Shown: positions 10,001 through 17,986 of the stretch, in pieces | Numbering within the stretch: position 1 is the first letter of the stretch | Layout: every line of letters begins with the position of its first letter | Source of the DNA: Thermoplasmatota archaeon | GTDB taxonomy: Archaea > Thermoplasmatota > JAKEGO01 | Direction: 5' to 3' | Length of the DNA stretch: 64,000 bases | NCBI GenBank assembly: GCA_028279595.1 | Contig: JANQNK010000007.1 | Coordinates: forward strand, 25,214 to 89,213 | Program-made: the position numbers and the translations under genes | The notes under the pieces: model-generated | The model's database searches: none | The model's input: the letters and a program-made list of their open reading frames with translations, nothing else | Told to the model about the DNA's origin: nothing

Positions 10001-13000
10001 CCACTCGAATAAGCCGCAATGATACCTGTTCCCCCACCACTGAGATCTCGACCAATGATGGAAACATCTGAACAGTCCACGAGTATGATCTGTCCCGAAC
10101 CATTCGGAATGTCAATCCCATCCTGATCGATACGGTAGTGAACAGGTCGGTCGTTCACGGTATTTGTGCCATCGACTGAATGTGTCCTCCAACCTCTGGG
10201 GTCATGTGTGTGAATCCAAAGTCCACAGGAATACATGCTATTGTTCAATATCGTGTGTTCGATCGCTCGATTTAGGTAAACTCCGACACGAGCCGTGATG
10301 TTGTTCCAGATGATTGTGTTCGAAAACGAATCTACAGTATAGACACCAGTATATGAATCCTGTATGCGATTCCCTTCGATGGTATTGTTATTCGATTCTC
10401 TTAAGTAAACGCCGTTAAAATCACAGTTGATGGTATTATTGCTGATCGTGCTGTTCGTTGTGTCCGAGATCCAGATCCCGTGATTCGTAGTATTCGTGAG
10501 ACGATTCCACATTATTGTACAATTATCCACACCATCAATGTCGATCGCGCTTGAGGAGTAGTCCTGTCCACTGTTTGTCAATGTGAATGCTGAGAAGTTC
10601 GTTCCATCCGCACGGATTTGTACGACATCACCATCTCCACCACCATCAATGATGGATTGAGAGCTTCCATTCCCAATGAGGGATATCGAACGGTATACGA
10701 CCACCTCATCGTAATAATAGCCTTCATAAACGAGGATCGTATCCCCGGGGATCGAGGCATTGACCGCATCTTGGATCTGTTCGAAATCGGCCCACGAGCC
10801 GTTATCATCGTCGACGATCCAGACCTTGGTTTCCCTAATGATGATTGTCCCGTTCCACGGATTCATCAATGGATAGCGGTCCTCTGAATTCGAGTCGCCC
10901 CCGAGCTCATATGGGGTATCTCCGATCCCATCTCCATTTATATCCTCCCCGTCATAATCAAACCAGTAATTACCCTTCGATCCGTCGTCCCATACGTTGT
11001 CTTCACCGTCATCGATCGCACTATTATCGTAAATCGAGTTAAGATAGATCGAATTGTTCTTAGAGGCCGAATGGATTTGGATCGCGTAATTATCAAAATC
11101 CATAACGGTGTTGTTCCAAAATGTGTTATTGTTTGATGTCCAGAAGTAGATCCCAGAATGAGTTCCCGAATTCAGGATACAGTTCGATATTGAATTATTC
11201 CTTGAATCTTCACCGATATGGATACCGTATCGTGAATCATTGATCTGGCAGTAGGTGATTTGATTATCACGAGAATTCACTGTGCGAATACTTCCGCCAC
11301 CGCTGGCTCCGTTCTCAATAAAAGTGCAATTCATAACTAGGTTTGAATGGGATCTAAATAGTGCCAAGCCACAGATATCGTTGTTCAACAATGAAAGGTT
11401 GGAGATCCGATTTCGATGACTACCACGGAAGACCAATCCATACCAATCACCGTGTTGTATTGTGCAATTGGCAATCAAGTTGTTGTCAGAAACCACCTCG
11501 ACTGCGGAGTCTGTATCCTCCTCATCCAAACATCTGATAAAGAACCCAGAAAAGCCCACTCCATCCGAAGATATGTTCACACCCGTCTCATTGCCTCGAA
11601 CATCAATGATCGTATCTCGCGATCCATTCCCAACGATATCAACGGTTACATCAACATGTAATCCTTCGAAATACGTTCCGTTGTAGACCAGGATAGTATC
11701 TCCATTCAACGATGCATCGATCGCATCCTGTATCTCCGTATAATTGGCCCAAGTACCGCCATCATCGTCGACGATCCAGGTCCTCGGATCTCTTGTGGTG
11801 TTCACATAGGTACCATTCCACGGGTTCATCAATGGGTATCTATCCTCAGCCGAAGTGGTCCCATCTATGGAGTATTCAGTGTCTCCGATCCCATTCCCAT
11901 CATTGTCCGAACCCGAATAATCCGACCAGTAGTTACCAATGGACCCATTGTCCCAAGTGTTGTAACCATCAGTTTCGAAACCTTGGGGATCGAATCCATT
12001 ATCAATGAAGTTATTGTGGTAGAGCCAATTGTCATCCGAATCATCGGCAGCAGCACCCCAGTAACCGTTCTGTATGAATTCATTGGCAGTGAGGATATTA
12101 TCCGTGCAGTCCAACAGGAAAAGACCGTAGTACGAGTTGTTTTTTAGACTGTTGTTGACGACCAGGTTCCCAGTAGAATTGATGAGATACAACCCGAGAA
12201 CATCGTTTTGATCGAACGAATTATTCTCTATCACGTTGTCATCAGACCAATCGAGGACAGTGGCGAAGAACCAGTTCGACTCGATCTGGTTGTCAGTGAT
12301 GTGGTTGTCATGAGATCGATTCAGGAATACACCGACTCCCGTATTATCGTTGATCAGATTATCATCGATGGTTATGTTCTCTGACATCATGAGTACCACG
12401 GCGATCACGTTCCGCGAAATATTGTTACTTGATATGGTACAATTATCGGAGTAAGCGATCTGTATTCCACCAGAGGAGGCATTTATGATCAGATTCTCGA
12501 GGGTAACTCCAGTGCAGTTTGCGAGGAGTACCTGGCTGGTGTTAGTAGGAACGTTACCGGAACTGATATTGGTATAGTACCTAATCGGTCTTGACCACAA
12601 CAGGTTCGTCGGGTCTATCGTGTGACTTACGAATTGGAACGGGCCATCCCCTGTGAACGATATCCCTCCGAGGACCATACTGTTATTGTGAAGATATACC
12701 CTGGTCGAACGATTGAGGTTTATTCCGTAACAGATGTAGAAATTGTTGTAGGAAACCTCGCAGCGATCCCCCCGGACCTCGATGCCGGCCGCATTTTTAT
12801 CAATGCTTGCGTTCGTAAGATTGAAGCCTGATATACTGCATCTGTCTGCCGTTATGTTCACAACATTGCCGATACCTAGGCCGTCGATCGTAGTATTGGA
12901 ACTTCCGTTACCGATGATTTCTAATGTTCTGATCACCTCAACGGTCTCGAGATATGTCCCATTATAGACTATTATTATATCTCCACCCCTCGAGGTATCA

Positions 13001-15018
13001 ATTGCGTCCTGTATCTTCTCGAAATCTGCCCACGAACCATTATCATCGTCGACTATCCAAGTTATTGGATCTCGTCTTTGCAGGGATCCATTCCATCGAA
13101 GCATAAGCGGAAATCGGTCCTCTGCATCGTTGGATCCATTAATCTCATACGGAGTATCCCCGATGCCATCGGAATCAACATCGGAACCCGAATAGTCGGA
13201 CCAGTAATTTCCGACCGATCCGTTATCCCAGTATATTCCATCACCCGCGTCCGTGTCGGTAGCTTGTGACCAATTCAGTCCATTGTCTATGAAATTGTTG
13301 TGGTAAACATAGGAGTCCGATTGATCAGCATAATCCACATTTATGCCCGATTCATAGTTTTTCCGGAAATCGTTTCCAACCACGAGGACATTGTCGACTG
13401 CTAGATAGCAACCTTCACTGTTGCGTTCGATAGTGTTGTTCTCGATCGTAATATCGGACACTCCTGAATAGATACCAAGACCGACAACTGAACAATTGCT
13501 GATGACATTGCCATTGATCTCGTAATCGGACCCTTCATCGATGTAGATACCATAGTCACAGTCATCGATCCGATTATCGTACAGGCCGATGCTTCTTGGC
13601 CCCTGCGAGGTTCCAATGACGCATTGTATACCGATGGTCGATGATGATAGATCACAATTGAGGATCTTGGAATTTCTGAGCCACTCTATTCTGATCGCCG
13701 AGGTATCGCAATCGGTGATCGAACAATTCTTGATCTTCGTGTATGTGCTGGACCCACCGTTCCTAATGATACCGATACCGCATTTTGAGATGTTACAATC
13801 GTAGATATGACTCGTGTAATAGACACTGTTCTTGATACCAGCAAAATAAGCATTGCTTATGGTGGTATTTGTTATCAATATATTCGATACCTCGTCTTGG
13901 ATATGAATGCCGATATACTGATCGTCCACCATTGTACAGTTATCTATCGTCGGATATCCCTTCCTTGAGAAGATACTAGTATTTGTGGATGAGAAATGGC
14001 AATTGGAAACTGAATAACTACCGCGATGCGAAAGGATTCCGTAATAGGATGAGATGTTCGAATTGATTATTGAAACGTTACTGGACATGGCTAGATAGAT
14101 CCCGCAGGTACCGATTCCTGTTGAAATACCGTTTATCTCGAAGTTGGTACAATTGACTATCATCAATTGACCCGTTGATCCTGTCACCGATCTATTTGTA
14201 AGGTTCCGATAGTAATCGATCGGATCCCCATTCACAGTGCAATCCCAAATGTCATTGTTCTGTAGATCGAAGTTGCTGAACCCATTTGCTGAGATTCCGC
14301 AATTGATGAAGGTGATGTTGGAGGTTGTACTCGATTTGGTCGTGTGTGAAATGTATTCACCTATTATACAATTCGAAATATGTGAATCTTGGAGAATCGT
14401 GCCCGATCCATAGAGGTACGCACCGTATTCCGATCCCTTTAAAGTGCAATTATCTACAGTCGAGTATCCCCTTAGATTGAGTCCGTATTTGGCTCCTACG
14501 ACAGTACAACTGTCAATGACAGAGTAACCGGTATACATTCCGTAATTTGACGCGTAAACGATACAATTGGACACATTGACATCCCATCCATAGATACCAT
14601 TGTAGACGTCAATGATTGAACAATTATCTACATCGATATAATCAGCGTATATCCGGACCCCTGTGCCCGATCCATCTACTTGGCTGGAGATGTTTAGCCC
14701 GATGATGGATACGTTGTTACTGTTGACAGCGATGCATTCCGATCCTTGTCCAATGAGATAGGTCTGCGAACTGCCATTTCCGATAATATCGACGGACCGG
14801 TTGATATCAATGGACTCGTCGTAGTTCCCTGAATAGATGAGTATCGTATCATTATCAGAGGATCCATTTAGTGCATCCTGGATCGATGTATGGTCGGCCC
14901 ATGAACCACCATCATCATCGACGACATATGTTGCCCCTTCAGATGTTGGTGTTGCATTAATCAACATTACAATGGCCGATAGAAAGACGAATGATAGACA
15001 TATGGCACGCTGTCTCAT
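7015..15018 (-). CDS. Giant (~2670 aa) surface protein: four tandem NosD/beta-helix modules, PKD-like and CARDB domains, TM helix, zinc ribbon
   Basis: Four repeats of VDDDxGxWA...IQDAI...GNYWxDYxGxDxxGxGIGDTxY...EDRYPLM; CARDB-like PDLxI...NN modules; TM helix; CPECN...FCEECG. Confidence 0.87.
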   Translation of the reverse strand: MRQRAICLSFVFLSAIVMLINATPTSEGATYVVDDDGGSWADHTSIQDALNGSSDNDTILIYSGNYDESIDINRSVDIIGNGSSQTYLIGQGSECIAVNSNNVSIIGLNISSQVDGSGTGVRIYADYIDVDNCSIIDVYNGIYGWDVNVSNCIVYASNYGMYTGYSVIDSCTVVGAKYGLNLRGYSTVDNCTLKGSEYGAYLYGSGTILQDSHISNCIIGEYISHTTKSSTTSNITFINCGISANGFSNFDLQNNDIWDCTVNGDPIDYYRNLTNRSVTGSTGQLMIVNCTNFEINGISTGIGTCGIYLAMSSNVSIINSNISSYYGILSHRGSYSVSNCHFSSTNTSIFSRKGYPTIDNCTMVDDQYIGIHIQDEVSNILITNTTISNAYFAGIKNSVYYTSHIYDCNISKCGIGIIRNGGSSTYTKIKNCSITDCDTSAIRIEWLRNSKILNCDLSSSTIGIQCVIGTSQGPRSIGLYDNRIDDCDYGIYIDEGSDYEINGNVISNCSVVGLGIYSGVSDITIENNTIERNSEGCYLAVDNVLVVGNDFRKNYESGINVDYADQSDSYVYHNNFIDNGLNWSQATDTDAGDGIYWDNGSVGNYWSDYSGSDVDSDGIGDTPYEINGSNDAEDRFPLMLRWNGSLQRRDPITWIVDDDNGSWADFEKIQDAIDTSRGGDIIIVYNGTYLETVEVIRTLEIIGNGSSNTTIDGLGIGNVVNITADRCSISGFNLTNASIDKNAAGIEVRGDRCEVSYNNFYICYGINLNRSTRVYLHNNSMVLGGISFTGDGPFQFVSHTIDPTNLLWSRPIRYYTNISSGNVPTNTSQVLLANCTGVTLENLIINASSGGIQIAYSDNCTISSNNISRNVIAVVLMMSENITIDDNLINDNTGVGVFLNRSHDNHITDNQIESNWFFATVLDWSDDNVIENNSFDQNDVLGLYLINSTGNLVVNNSLKNNSYYGLFLLDCTDNILTANEFIQNGYWGAAADDSDDNWLYHNNFIDNGFDPQGFETDGYNTWDNGSIGNYWSDYSGSDNDGNGIGDTEYSIDGTTSAEDRYPLMNPWNGTYVNTTRDPRTWIVDDDGGTWANYTEIQDAIDASLNGDTILVYNGTYFEGLHVDVTVDIVGNGSRDTIIDVRGNETGVNISSDGVGFSGFFIRCLDEEDTDSAVEVVSDNNLIANCTIQHGDWYGLVFRGSHRNRISNLSLLNNDICGLALFRSHSNLVMNCTFIENGASGGGSIRTVNSRDNQITYCQINDSRYGIHIGEDSRNNSISNCILNSGTHSGIYFWTSNNNTFWNNTVMDFDNYAIQIHSASKNNSIYLNSIYDNSAIDDGEDNVWDDGSKGNYWFDYDGEDINGDGIGDTPYELGGDSNSEDRYPLMNPWNGTIIIRETKVWIVDDDNGSWADFEQIQDAVNASIPGDTILVYEGYYYDEVVVYRSISLIGNGSSQSIIDGGGDGDVVQIRADGTNFSAFTLTNSGQDYSSSAIDIDGVDNCTIMWNRLTNTTNHGIWISDTTNSTISNNTINCDFNGVYLRESNNNTIEGNRIQDSYTGVYTVDSFSNTIIWNNITARVGVYLNRAIEHTILNNSMYSCGLWIHTHDPRGWRTHSVDGTNTVNDRPVHYRIDQDGIDIPNGSGQIILVDCSDVSIIGRDLSGGGTGIIAAYSSGLTISGNIVNSSSFEAIHLYKSNNSLIENNYVCDSMSSGIDLYFTSNCTVRNNTCDRNYDSGIQITQQSHHNLITDNNCKNTITVSHSDWNRVISNVCSNDRSGIYLASTEHSQILNNTLVENDYGIEDHGSKDALIFGNIITSSNLSGMELQGTSDSIIDNNTISGCLNGIHLDRNMYSPFGYQSSCEFTNNSIHNNSYGVTFEVNSDDNRFMNNAIVRNQLIGIQIEAGCDGNRFFLNNFIFNNLGGIQVADQEPSNYWDNGSIGNHWSDYNGSDENVDGIGDTPYQIDGSSGNEDRYPLMNPWNGSLPNGNEYPTASIVDISPNPASNGSTIYFRGLGVDVDGNISRYVWSSSIDGEFYNGSSNTTFTDGLSLGNHTIIFRVMDNGSLWSDNAISNLSVIVKAPYVNQKPVAEIDNILRNSEFNGEIITFIGHGNDTDGTIVQYSWTSSIDGEFYNGSEASINYSKLSVGNHTIRFRVMDNGTEWGIPYSITLTILPYLPDLSIERGDVDIPHIVYIDSVYNINFSIHNEGQGNASNVSVAIAIGNHTHDETVDVNALSESLIDIQWTPLESGTIQVSVQIIYYEPELNTSNNNITFSVLAWELSDVELSISESTIALNPAMPEVGEYTEINVIVSNNGIEDAENATVEFWLSGNHVDSTEVTVTNKSYSVVQFNWTPSESGLFDVNIRVNPDGEFNETLLLNNNASISVQVVEPYLPDLIITNDDITVYPITPMEGDVVLINVTIWNSGTLTLNDISVSLSFEDGDEIANKSVTIMLLDAITVTFELNLDHGHYNIDAMIDPAGKVNESNEDNNIGSTTFTVQADPGTEPDGDDSASDKGLLGNPFLLLLISMIIVVILILVLIDRKKGASSSPRGKDGSTSTSVERKIPQHGVRDRIPPQEPMGYQVIPSMDEPLDEEPERPGDYDQPYAPSETDYDEPESSEYEYSSGPVVEEPKDDEMQVIDTFPCPECNNPIEEGARFCEECGTYLG

Positions 15019-15069
15019 GACCGATACCCCTCTATCTGGCCAATGCAACGACATTAGATAAGAATTACG

Positions 15070-15960
15070 TCACACTACATATCCGCCCAACAGCTCGACA
15101 TAGATCGCCGCGGTAACGAGATCGGCACTCGTCCCGGGATTCATCCCGCGCTCGACCAATTCCATGTTCAGCTCGATCGCCAGTCTCCGCCCCTCCTCGA
15201 TCAGATACCCACCGGCTTCCATGATTTCGGCCGCCCTCTCCGTGACCCTCTCGGCCTCCTCCTGACCGTGCCTCGCAATAAGGAGGGTGTCCACCTGCTC
15301 GGAGAGGATCCAAAGGAAGCAGTGCGTTATCGCATCCTCGAGCCGAGCCTTTCCCAGATGCTCATGGAGGAACGGATGCGCCTGCTCGAATGTGAACTCG
15401 AAATTAGTAACATATTCCCTGGCGATCGTGTTCGGCTGTGTCCCAGGTTCGATCCCGCCGGCCATCCACTCGAGCACTGAGACGTTCTCAAACATCTCCG
15501 CAGGTGTCTCGTACACATCGAATTCCTTAACTGGCGGGAGTGCGGGATGCACTAAGGCGATCGCATCGTGAAGGTAATGGCCGTCCTCCGGCGACAAGCC
15601 CTGAAGGACGCCATCCAATTCCGCGCGAACGTTCTCCGGGGTCGTCCCCGACGCAGCCGCAGCCATAGGCGCCAATAGTAGTATTGCTCCAAGGTGGGTG
15701 TTGCCTCCACCTTGAGCCTCGCTCATCCGTTTGACGGCCTTCAGGACTCCTTTACCGACCCCGACCTTCCCTGAAGCTATCTCATGAAAGGGTATCGCTA
15801 ACGAAGCAACGCTCGCGAGGAACTGGTCCAATCCCAACTCTTGTAAATCTTGAAACCTAGAAACGTTCCCGGGTTTGGGTGACACTAGCTCAAGTAGCAT
15901 CGCTGAAACTGCTTTTTCCGCAGCGGTCTCCGCACTAATCTCAGGCGACCTCTGGTCCAT
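15070..15960 (-). CDS. CitG-family triphosphoribosyl-dephospho-CoA synthase-like protein
   Basis: LE...PKPGNV, NTHLGAILLLAP, DTLLIARHG and NPGTSADL motifs of the archaeal CitG family. Confidence 0.85.
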   Translation of the reverse strand: MDQRSPEISAETAAEKAVSAMLLELVSPKPGNVSRFQDLQELGLDQFLASVASLAIPFHEIASGKVGVGKGVLKAVKRMSEAQGGGNTHLGAILLLAPMAAAASGTTPENVRAELDGVLQGLSPEDGHYLHDAIALVHPALPPVKEFDVYETPAEMFENVSVLEWMAGGIEPGTQPNTIAREYVTNFEFTFEQAHPFLHEHLGKARLEDAITHCFLWILSEQVDTLLIARHGQEEAERVTERAAEIMEAGGYLIEEGRRLAIELNMELVERGMNPGTSADLVTAAIYVELLGGYVV

Positions 15961-16360
15961 GGACAGCCTTCCCGCTGGTCTTGCCCTTCTCGACCTTTAT
16001 CCTGGGGATCTTGAGCGGAATGGGTGGAGGAAGCTGCAGCTTCTTTGAGATTATTATCGCCTCGTAGGAACCCGTGTCCATGATGACGTTGTAGATCTCC
16101 TCGAGCGGCTTGTTCTCCAGCTTCTTCTTGTCGGACCACTGGTCGAAGACCTCGGTGCCTCCGACGTAGAGGTGGCCCTCCATCCGGATCATGCCGAGAT
16201 GACCGTAGGTCACGGTGTACGAGAACTCGACGTCGGAGTCGTCGCCCCTCTTGTGGACGGCCGATATGGACACGTTGTGGTCCACGCGGACGTTGCCTGG
16301 CTTGTCCTTTGTGAAGCGTTTCGCTTCCATCGAGCTGAGTTCGACTCCCTTGACTGTCAT
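15941..16360 (-). CDS. Conserved-looking archaeal hypothetical protein (139 aa)
   Basis: Strong host codon bias; beta-strand-rich N-terminal half, then helices and an LQLPPPIPL motif; own TATA-like sequence upstream. Confidence 0.75.
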   Translation of the reverse strand: MTVKGVELSSMEAKRFTKDKPGNVRVDHNVSISAVHKRGDDSDVEFSYTVTYGHLGMIRMEGHLYVGGTEVFDQWSDKKKLENKPLEEIYNVIMDTGSYEAIIISKKLQLPPPIPLKIPRIKVEKGKTSGKAVHGPEVA

Positions 16361-16454
16361 GCTGCCGCATACACTCTAACAATTAATAACTGTTATCATG
16401 GACGGTGTACTCGATGATCGGGTTCGTGGTCAATTTCCTTATATGCACTTGTTC

Positions 16455-16496
16455 GAGGCGCGTTGATGACAGCGAAGCGGAGTCATCGAGCGCCTC
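16455..16496 (+). repeat. Dispersed hairpin element, copy C
   Basis: gaggcgcgttga-tgacagcgaagcggagtca-tcgagcgcctc. Confidence 0.8.
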
Positions 16497-16543
16497 TCTT
16501 TGAATTGAGAAAGTGGGATACGATAACTACGGACCGGGCGTCA

Positions 16544-17758
16544 TCATGTGTTGTTATTGATCTGGTAGCGGAGGATCGCCGCTACGCCGCCGAAGGTGTT
16601 CAGGAACGCCGAGCCCTCGTCGCTGTCGGGACTGATGAACTCCACCTCGGACGAGCTCTGCTCCGCCAGTCCGACCAGTTCCTTCACGAGGTCGATCTCC
16701 TCGGACTCCCCTGCAGCGCTGCAGGAGGGACAGACTGTGATCGGAACCGGCTGAGCGGTCACCGTCCCGCAGGAGGCGCAGGTCAATCTATGCCTGTCGA
16801 CCCTAAGGCCCTCCGAAATGAGAAGGGTATCCACGGCTCCGAGGTTCAATGCATTGACCACATCGTCGATACCGTAGGCGGACTTGCTCCCGCTCTTGAC
16901 GATCTCGGCCATGAACCTCTGGACGAGCTTCTTCTCGACCATCAGGGCGACGTCGGAAAGTGTGTCCGCCGCCTTGTCGACGAGCTCCTTCAGTCCATAC
17001 TCGTCGGTGTAACCGGTGTCGAACATGTCCACGACCTTTGGGGTCAGTTCGTGGTGCAGGTATCCCTTGTCGATGAAGAACTCCTTAGTCGACCCGGGAC
17101 CGCCGACGAGGATCCCGTTGAGGTCCTCGACCTCGAGGAAGACCTCGCTCGCAAGGTCCCCGACCTTCTTGAAGAACTCGTGGGCGGCGATCTCGATCAA
17201 CCTCTCGAAACGCCTCTGGGACTGTCCGCCGCGACCGTGCTTGCTCGGAACGCGGGACGGGATGTTCTTGACCGGGACTATCCTGTGGCCCTTGAGCAGT
17301 CCGACGGTGGCCTCGCTCCTGTCGACGACGACGAGACCGTAGGTCTCCTTCTCCTCGAGCATGACGAGCAACGGGTCCAGGAAGAACTGCGAGTCGCACC
17401 TGTAGAGGAAGATGGATATCGGGACCGGCGGCTCGATGACGAACTGGGTCATCTCGGTCTGGTCCTTGCCCGTCACCCTGTGCCCGACGAAGAAGACGAC
17501 GCCGTTCTCGGGAACTGATTTCAATGTCCTCAAACGGCTCATGATGGACTCGATGGCGGCGGTCACGTTCTTCTTCGTTCCTTTGGACTTGATGTTCGAC
17601 GACTGCGACAGCTCGTTCCTGAGATACGCCATGGCGTCGGACACCTGTCTGCTTGGCGGTACGTAGAGGCTTATCAGTTCGGTGGCCTTTCCGCCGACCG
17701 ACTGGAGGTCCTCCATCTTCCGCTTGAACTCGTACCTGGCTAGGGCCTTCTCGTCCAT
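16544..17758 (-). CDS. prf1: Peptide chain release factor aRF1
   Basis: TELISLY, NIKS, YRCD and GGQS motifs; C-terminal FGGVAAILRY; zinc-finger minidomain. Confidence 0.97.
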   Translation of the reverse strand: MDEKALARYEFKRKMEDLQSVGGKATELISLYVPPSRQVSDAMAYLRNELSQSSNIKSKGTKKNVTAAIESIMSRLRTLKSVPENGVVFFVGHRVTGKDQTEMTQFVIEPPVPISIFLYRCDSQFFLDPLLVMLEEKETYGLVVVDRSEATVGLLKGHRIVPVKNIPSRVPSKHGRGGQSQRRFERLIEIAAHEFFKKVGDLASEVFLEVEDLNGILVGGPGSTKEFFIDKGYLHHELTPKVVDMFDTGYTDEYGLKELVDKAADTLSDVALMVEKKLVQRFMAEIVKSGSKSAYGIDDVVNALNLGAVDTLLISEGLRVDRHRLTCASCGTVTAQPVPITVCPSCSAAGESEEIDLVKELVGLAEQSSSEVEFISPDSDEGSAFLNTFGGVAAILRYQINNNT

Positions 17759-17897
17759 CCGGCCGTTACATGAGAGGCGGTTACTTAAAGGATTGCCCGC
17801 GTGAAGCGAGCCTCTCCGGGGAACCGGAAATGACCCGATCGTAAGGGTAAAAGGCCCACTCGTGACCTACGATCGCCATTCGTAACTAACCCATTGG

Positions 17898-17978
17898 TCT
17901 TAAATAGGGGAAGTCTCTATCAGTGCAAGTTTCCCCAGATAGGGTTATCGAACTCCATCTGGGGCATGAGACTGGAGG
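17898..17978 (+). promoter_or_regulatory. TATA box, 5' leader hairpin and SD of the surface-protein gene
   Basis: CTTAAATA near 17899; hairpin CCCCAGAT...ATCTGGGG (about 17933-17964); GGAGG at 17974. Confidence 0.55.
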
Positions 17979-17986
17979 AACCCAAA

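Noticed and set aside
5200-15060. Integrated mobile element, nos (N2O reductase) cluster, or DGR target
   Set aside because: No integrase, att repeat, tRNA, nosZ or reverse transcriptase; NosD here is only a beta-helix fold label.
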